Assembly: GCA_964520545.1 (NCBI GenBank)
Contig: CAZFOD010000001.1
Span: 57,969-121,968 of the forward strand
Source: an uncultured Candidatus Saccharibacteria bacterium
Lineage (GTDB): Bacteria; Patescibacteriota; Minisyncoccia; Phycocordibacterales; CAIZLB01
DNA: 64,000 nucleotides
Reading direction: 5' to 3'
The position numbers were made by a program, and so were the translations under genes. Of the stretch, positions 58,544-64,000 are shown piece after piece. Under the pieces are notes generated by a model, which made no database searches, was not told where the DNA came from, and worked only from the letters and a program-made list of their open reading frames with translations. Position 1 is the first letter of the stretch. Every line of letters begins with the position of its first letter.

Positions 58544-59221
58544 TTATATCCCCCTTGTCTTTTCTGCGTCTCGAGAGTAGTCATCCCAGGCAAGTACCTT
58601 CCATCGCTCTTCTTTTGGTGGTCCAAACAATCCTTTACGATATTCGCATACGGTAATGGCGGCATTGTTTGAGGCGTTCACGATGCTTAGAGTGTTGTAG
58701 GTGGCAGCATTTAATCTTTCACCGTACTCAATGTATGCAACAACCATACGGAGGAAAATACCATGGGTGACAACGAGGATATTCTTTTCGGGGCGTGCGG
58801 CAAGGTAGTCGAGAAGTGCTCGTGCTCTGTCTTTCAAATCCTGGAAGTTTTCTTCATCAGAATGTCTGAAGTCATCGCTATGATATGACTTGTCGATTGT
58901 ATCGATGATGCGTTTTACTTCTGGATCACTAATTGATTTACCAATGATCTCAGAAGGATTTCTTCGTTCGTGGAGGAGATCCACATATTCAATGTGTTTA
59001 CCTCCTGGTATTTGTTCATTGATGATACCCGCTGTTTCTTTTGTTCGGACATATGGGCTAACCAATATTACGTCGATGACGTGATTTGCTAGTCTTTTAC
59101 CAGTTTCCACGGCTTGTTCTTTTCCTTTGTCACTGAGGCCTCCTTCAGAACCCTGCCTAATGCCAGCAGCGTTCAAAAGGCTCTCACCGTGTCTTACGAA
59201 ATAGAAAATTTTACGTGCCAT
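58544..59221 (-). CDS. Histidine phosphatase family protein
   Basis: FVRHGES, SPYVRT.ETA, LVVTHG. Confidence 0.92.
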   Translation of the reverse strand: MARKIFYFVRHGESLLNAAGIRQGSEGGLSDKGKEQAVETGKRLANHVIDVILVSPYVRTKETAGIINEQIPGGKHIEYVDLLHERRNPSEIIGKSISDPEVKRIIDTIDKSYHSDDFRHSDEENFQDLKDRARALLDYLAARPEKNILVVTHGIFLRMVVAYIEYGERLNAATYNTLSIVNASNNAAITVCEYRKGLFGPPKEERWKVLAWDDYSRDAEKTRGI

Positions 59222-59243
59222 ATTGTAGATAGTATACCAAGAG

Positions 59244-60797
59244 TTACGTTTCTGTCTTGCTGACTTTTGCTTGGTCGCTGTGATTTTCTACCATAATCAA
59301 TGTTATATATGTTCCAAGATATTCAACGGTAAAGTCTGATGAGAATTTTAATGCTGGAGAGTTCAACACATCGGCAAGTTCGGTGCGTTTTGCAATGATG
59401 TAATACCTGCCAGTACTTGTGGCTGTATCAATGTTGAAAATCTTAATTTTGTTCTCTGCGCTGTAGAATTTAAAGGTTTCATGTCCATTTTCTGTCATTT
59501 GATACACGCGCCCATTTTCGTTAAGGGGATAGATTTTTAATCCGGCCTCTCGTTCTTCTTTTGCTAATTGATATTGTTCTTGCATTGATTCGAGTCTGCG
59601 TTGTCCGATACTGATTGAGGTAGCTATGGAGACTATGATCAGAACAATACTAGCCACGACAGTAAGTAGGGTCGGAATATGTTTTGCATGTTGAATCTTG
59701 AAGAAGTGATATTGAATAGTTTCAACTCCAATAGCTACTGTGATTGCAAGAAATGGGTAGGTGAATATGGAAGGGGAATCAAAAAATATTGCAGTTACGG
59801 TAAGCAGAGTAATTGTACCCAGCAGTGATGATGTAAAGATATTGTAGTGAATACGATTAATGAAGAAAGGGGGAGCCAAAACCAAAGGAGCAAATATGAT
59901 GAAGAGAATGCTCCATGGTAACCCGCCTCCAATTATCCAAGCAATAGATTTCATAACTTCTGCATTCTCAAATGTGAAGATATTGATTGGGTTGTATCTG
60001 TGCAAAATTGCACCGCCAGAAATTAATATTTGATATATGTGCCATGGAAATATTGTTAAGGCAGCAATGAGAAGACCGTGTCTTCCATTTGTGTCTCTAA
60101 AGAATATTGCAATGTTGCGAGAAAAGTCTTTGTCTTTTTTGTTTGTAATAATATCTAACGCAATGATAGGTATTGCAAGCATGCCTACGAACCCACCCAC
60201 CATGCATCCAGTCGCTATGGCAATCCAGACCCAAAATATCCAAGATCGATCCTCATCTGCGCGGATGTATGCATAATATGCAAAGAGGATACTAGCAATT
60301 ACTAGTACATTAGGATTTACCTGTCTTACACCGTCGATGAATATTCCACTTGTAAGGAGTATGAGTGATGAGATTGTTGCAATCTTTCTGCTTCTGGTTT
60401 TTTGAAGCACAATGAGCCAAACTAAAATTATGGACACAACCCCAGCAATTGCAGTCGGTAAGCGCATGGTGAATTCATTCGGCCGGAAGTCATCGTTTAT
60501 TGCGGGAGTGAATATGGCTTTGAGGGAATGGGATATTTTTTCAACAATCATAACTGACCAAAAATATATGGGAGGGTTTTCTGTCCATTGTTCGTCACTT
60601 AATTTTAAAGTAAACGGATTCTGAGACATGGTCGTGTTTCGAACAACTTGGGCGTATACAGCTTCATTTCTATCAATAAAGGGTTCATCACCAAGGTTTG
60701 TGATATACAGGGCGGATGAGAGAATCCCCATGATCAATAAGGAGATCCACGGATGTAAAAGAGTGCCCCAGCGCTTTAATTGTTGTGTACCCGTCAT
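59244..60797 (-). CDS. ArnT/GT-C family glycosyltransferase-like membrane protein (divergent)
   Basis: EAVYAQV, ENPPIYFW, RLPTAIAG and many TM helices. Start estimated. Confidence 0.75.
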   Translation of the reverse strand: MTGTQQLKRWGTLLHPWISLLIMGILSSALYITNLGDEPFIDRNEAVYAQVVRNTTMSQNPFTLKLSDEQWTENPPIYFWSVMIVEKISHSLKAIFTPAINDDFRPNEFTMRLPTAIAGVVSIILVWLIVLQKTRSRKIATISSLILLTSGIFIDGVRQVNPNVLVIASILFAYYAYIRADEDRSWIFWVWIAIATGCMVGGFVGMLAIPIIALDIITNKKDKDFSRNIAIFFRDTNGRHGLLIAALTIFPWHIYQILISGGAILHRYNPINIFTFENAEVMKSIAWIIGGGLPWSILFIIFAPLVLAPPFFINRIHYNIFTSSLLGTITLLTVTAIFFDSPSIFTYPFLAITVAIGVETIQYHFFKIQHAKHIPTLLTVVASIVLIIVSIATSISIGQRRLESMQEQYQLAKEEREAGLKIYPLNENGRVYQMTENGHETFKFYSAENKIKIFNIDTATSTGRYYIIAKRTELADVLNSPALKFSSDFTVEYLGTYITLIMVENHSDQAKVSKTET

Positions 60798-60973
60798 AGC
60801 GCAACAATAACGTAACATCATGAAGACTTTATGAGGGAAAAGCTTGTGGTAAAGATTGCACCAGGACTTGTGCAGTTCATGTGTGATGCAATGTCTGCAT
60901 ATATAGATTTGCAAAAGAAATAATACACAGGAGTAGTCTGTACATCGAAACCCCTGATGTATAATCAAGGGTA

Positions 60974-62170
60974 ATGAAATCTTCATTGCTTCTTTACTCA
61001 ATCCTTGCACTTGTTGCTTTGCTTTCGATTGCCGCCACTTCTGAAAAGGGACAGATGGCTTTGGGAAGAAGTCTTGGTCAAATGTACGCCGCACCAGCCG
61101 CACTTACACTACCTTTAAACGTACCTGCAAATGCAGTTCAGTACGGTGATGAATGGTACTGCAAACCAGGATTCTACGTAAATGGTAATTCTTGTTCTAG
61201 CATTGAAATGACCCTGGGCACCCTCACCGATGGTCAAGGATGGTTTTGTGCGAATGGATACAAGAAGATGGGTAATTCCTGCGTAGCAGTTATTCCTCCT
61301 ACAAATGCTTTTGTCCATTATGATAAATGGTTCTGCAAGGCTGGATATATGAATAGCACTGACTATCAAACCTGCGTTCAGGTTGATAGGGCGGAGGATC
61401 TTAAGACATCTTCAACGGGTAAGAAGTATTGTATTAATGGATATACACAGGTAGGTAATTCGTGTCAGAAAGTTTCGGTACCTCAAAACGCTAGAGCATA
61501 CGGAACAGGATGGATTTGCGTTGATGGCTACAAGAAAGTAGGTAATCAATGTGAAGCTATTAGTAAGCCAGCAAATTCTCTTTTGTACGGTGATGATTGG
61601 TATTGCATACATGGATACAGGGCCGAGGGGAATTCTTGTGTCCCATTCTCAGTACCTGATGGAGCGTTTGTGTATGAAAATAAAATATATTGCTACGACG
61701 AACTAAAAGAAGTAGATGGAACATGTGTTACTGAGAATATCGGTGATACCAAATCTGTAGCAGATACATCAGGGAAGGGTGATGTTGGTACTAAGGATGT
61801 TGCGGTAAACAGAGCGGGGGATGTTACTACAAAAGATGTGCCTGTAAACGGGAGGGGTGATACTTCCAGCAGAGGTGATGTTGGCACAAAGGATGTTGCG
61901 GTAAACAGAGCAGGTGATGTTGCAAGAGACTCTATCGGGGATATGTCTCAAAAGAGTGATGTTGGTGGTGGGGATGTGTCTTCAGACAAGGTATCAGACA
62001 TGTCAGTTAAAAAAGGAGATGTTGTAAAAAATGACATCGGTCAAAAAGATTTGGGAGTTTCTGATAAGTTGAGGGCGGCAACAGACGCGGTGATTAAAAA
62101 AACAAAATCAATAATTGGAGATGTAGTAGGTAAGATAAAGGATTCTACACGTTCAATCTTTAAGAGGTAA
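60974..62170 (+). CDS. Secreted Cys-rich repeat protein
   Basis: Signal peptide, seven W/Y-x-C-x2-G-Y-x3-G-N-x-C repeats and a GDV-rich tail. Confidence 0.8.
   Translation: MKSSLLLYSILALVALLSIAATSEKGQMALGRSLGQMYAAPAALTLPLNVPANAVQYGDEWYCKPGFYVNGNSCSSIEMTLGTLTDGQGWFCANGYKKMGNSCVAVIPPTNAFVHYDKWFCKAGYMNSTDYQTCVQVDRAEDLKTSSTGKKYCINGYTQVGNSCQKVSVPQNARAYGTGWICVDGYKKVGNQCEAISKPANSLLYGDDWYCIHGYRAEGNSCVPFSVPDGAFVYENKIYCYDELKEVDGTCVTENIGDTKSVADTSGKGDVGTKDVAVNRAGDVTTKDVPVNGRGDTSSRGDVGTKDVAVNRAGDVARDSIGDMSQKSDVGGGDVSSDKVSDMSVKKGDVVKNDIGQKDLGVSDKLRAATDAVIKKTKSIIGDVVGKIKDSTRSIFKR
61778..61921 (+). repeat. Imperfect 48-nt direct repeat encoding GDVGTKDVAVNRAGDV (two copies)
   Basis: Copies at 61778-61825 and 61874-61921 differ only at synonymous positions. 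Confidence 0.8.
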
Positions 62171-62217
62171 AGCGGTTTGATTCGGCATGCTCTTATTAAG
62201 TTAGTAATTTAAACAAT

Positions 62218-62613
62218 ATGCAAAACAAAAATATAGTTATAGGCGTTCTCGCCCTCATCATTGCTCTTGGTGTTGGATATGCTATCGGAGCATCAATAAA
62301 TCGTTATGATAATGATGACTACGGTAGGGGCGGTATGCATATGATGCCTAATGGAAGTATGATGAATAACAGCATGGAGGGAATGATGATGGACATGAAC
62401 GCAGCTTTGATTGGAAAAACAGGAGACTCATTTGATAGAGCGTTCCTTGCAGAGATGATCGTTCATCACCAGGGTGCGGTAGAGATGGCAGGGCTCGCTC
62501 TTAAAAGCGCAAAACATCAAGAAATTAAAGATTTAGCAACTGCAATTATTGCTGCGCAAAACAAAGAAATTGCGGATATGAAAGCATGGGAAAAGACTTG
62601 GTACGGAAAGTAA
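62218..62613 (+). CDS. DUF305 (CopM-like) Met-rich ferritin-fold protein
   Basis: FDRAFLAEMIVHHQGAVEMA...IIAAQNKEI. Confidence 0.88.
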   Translation: MQNKNIVIGVLALIIALGVGYAIGASINRYDNDDYGRGGMHMMPNGSMMNNSMEGMMMDMNAALIGKTGDSFDRAFLAEMIVHHQGAVEMAGLALKSAKHQEIKDLATAIIAAQNKEIADMKAWEKTWYGK

Positions 62614-62676
62614 AAAGGTAGAGAAATTGAAACTAAAACACCCGAGCGAAAGTCAGGGTGTTTTGTTTTTGATGTG

Positions 62677-63079
62677 TGGAGATGCCGGGAATCGAACCCG
62701 GGTGCAGGTGAGTTTCTTAGATGAATCTACGCGACGTAGAGGGTCTTTGCGGCAGAGCCGTTTTAAAGTTCGTTACTAGAAGACAGACAAAACGTAACGA
62801 ACCCGAGCTTTATGGTTTCGGCGGACGATTAAAGCAAATCGTCAACCTATTCTGAATATATACCACCGGCAGTTCTGCTTCAGAAAGACAGAACTGTGAT
62901 GTCGCTAGGCGTGGAGCGTTAGGCTCGGGCTGTTGCGAAGGCGAAGTCCTTCACCGCAAAAAACGGAGAAGCTACCGCTTGTCGTGCTTTAGCACTTAAG
63001 GGTTCCAGCAGTTTTACTAGTTACTGGAGCTAGATCGCGCACAAAGAAGAAATGACACTTGTCGAAGCCAATCATCCCC
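62677..63079 (-). ncRNA. ssrA: tmRNA
   Basis: 5' GGGGATGATTGGCTTCGAC and 3' CCCGGGTTCGATTCCCGGCATCTCCA ends; tag ORF at 62993-62919; adjacent to smpB. Confidence 0.93.
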
Positions 63080-63086
63080 ATGTGTG

Positions 63087-63533
63087 TTATTGATTTTTCA
63101 ATGTTCTCCGAATCTCGCGGTCGGTATCACGCTTTTTGATAGATTCACGCTTATCGAACCGCTTCTTACCTTTAGCAATGCCAATTTCAATCTTGACCTT
63201 GCCCTTATTGTTGTACAGTGAAATTGGCACTATTGTCAATCCCTTACCGCTTTCAATATCAGAGAGTTCCTGTATCTCTTTTTTCTTAAGAAGGAGCCGT
63301 CTGTTTCGAGCTGGTTCATAGCCCTTTGGTGTATTGTTCTGTTGAAATGGGGGAATGGTAGCACCCACAAGATATGCTTCACCTCCACGCACTACAATAT
63401 ACGCTCCTTCGAGTGAACCGTGCCCTGTCTTTATTGCCTTTACCTCAAACCCAAAAAGCTCGATGCCAGCTTCGAAGGCTTTCTCGACATCGTAGTTGAA
63501 CCTTACCTTTCTGTTTTGGACAAAGGTTGTCAT
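63087..63533 (-). CDS. smpB: SsrA-binding protein SmpB
   Basis: NRKVRFNY, EAGIELFGFEVK, RLLLKKKEI, GKKRFDKRE. Confidence 0.96.
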   Translation of the reverse strand: MTTFVQNRKVRFNYDVEKAFEAGIELFGFEVKAIKTGHGSLEGAYIVVRGGEAYLVGATIPPFQQNNTPKGYEPARNRRLLLKKKEIQELSDIESGKGLTIVPISLYNNKGKVKIEIGIAKGKKRFDKRESIKKRDTDREIRRTLKNQ

Positions 63534-63618
63534 TGGTTAAAAGTATATCAGAAGACATATATATACAATTCATTTTCATATAGCCAAACCTTATGCATGT
63601 ATTGTATACTCCAACTCT

Positions 63619-64000
63619 ATGACATCTCGAAAAACATCACATAAAAATGAAAGGGTAGAGAATCAGGGAGATCAAAAACCTCCGGTTAGAATCCCACGTC
63701 CTCCACGTAAGAGTCCAAAGGAACCAAAGCATCTCGTGTTTAATAATATTGTGGGCACTATTATCATTTTTGCTGCCATCATTGGCCTCTACACATATAC
63801 CGTAATTGGTACAGAAGTACCTGCGGTAATCAGCGTGTCTGAACTTGCAACAGATATTTCTGCTGGAAAGGTATCTTCAATCACTGTGTCAGGAGATGAT
63901 CTTTCAATTACATATACCGATGAATCAAAGAAAGAGTCAAAGAAAGAAACACAAAGTTCTCTTACCGAAACATTAAGTAACCTCGGGGTTGCAAAAGATC
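63619..64000 (+). CDS. ftsH: ATP-dependent metalloprotease FtsH, N-terminal part (truncated by window)
   Basis: Open frame from ATG 63619: a TM helix then ISVSELATDISAGKVSSITVSGDDL, typical of the FtsH extracellular N-domain. The ATPase domain is not visible. Confidence 0.65.
   Translation, partial: MTSRKTSHKNERVENQGDQKPPVRIPRPPRKSPKEPKHLVFNNIVGTIIIFAAIIGLYTYTVIGTEVPAVISVSELATDISAGKVSSITVSGDDLSITYTDESKKESKKETQSSLTETLSNLGVAKD

Noticed and set aside
60798-61103. N-terminal extension of the ArnT-like ORF in the track
   Set aside because: Overlaps the divergent Cys-rich gene and its promoter; the real start is probably near 60797.
1-64000. CRISPR arrays, tRNAs, rRNAs, transposases or integrases
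   Set aside because: None seen; the only tRNA-like ends belong to tmRNA.

Overview
This window comes from a reduced, AT-rich bacterial genome with hallmarks of Patescibacteria/CPR (Parcubacteria-like): rpmD (L30) is missing between rpsE and rplO, ComEC is split, trigger factor is short, a large VirD4-like ATPase is present, and many genes look leaderless. Most of it is housekeeping: tig-ppa-nusA, a type IV pilus/competence cluster, tpiA-pgk, recJ-rnhA, the str/S10/spc ribosomal cluster interrupted by accessory cassettes, secY-adk-map, ndk, infC-rpmI-rplT, tmRNA-smpB and the start of ftsH. The most striking signal is at the left edge. Two complete type III hammerhead ribozymes (407-454 and 889-936, + strand) have identical cores and loops but fully compensated stems. 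They flank a 78-aa membrane-protein ORF and are predicted to excise a 482-nt RNA. Immediately downstream is a four-gene operon resembling the Shewanella atcJABC J-domain/RNA-polymerase system. Other non-coding signals are a ~580-nt promoter- and terminator-bounded structured RNA of unknown class (47471-48056, - strand) and a compact 6S-like RNA (48844-48968). All calls are by eye from sequence and recalled family motifs; no searches or folding computations were run.
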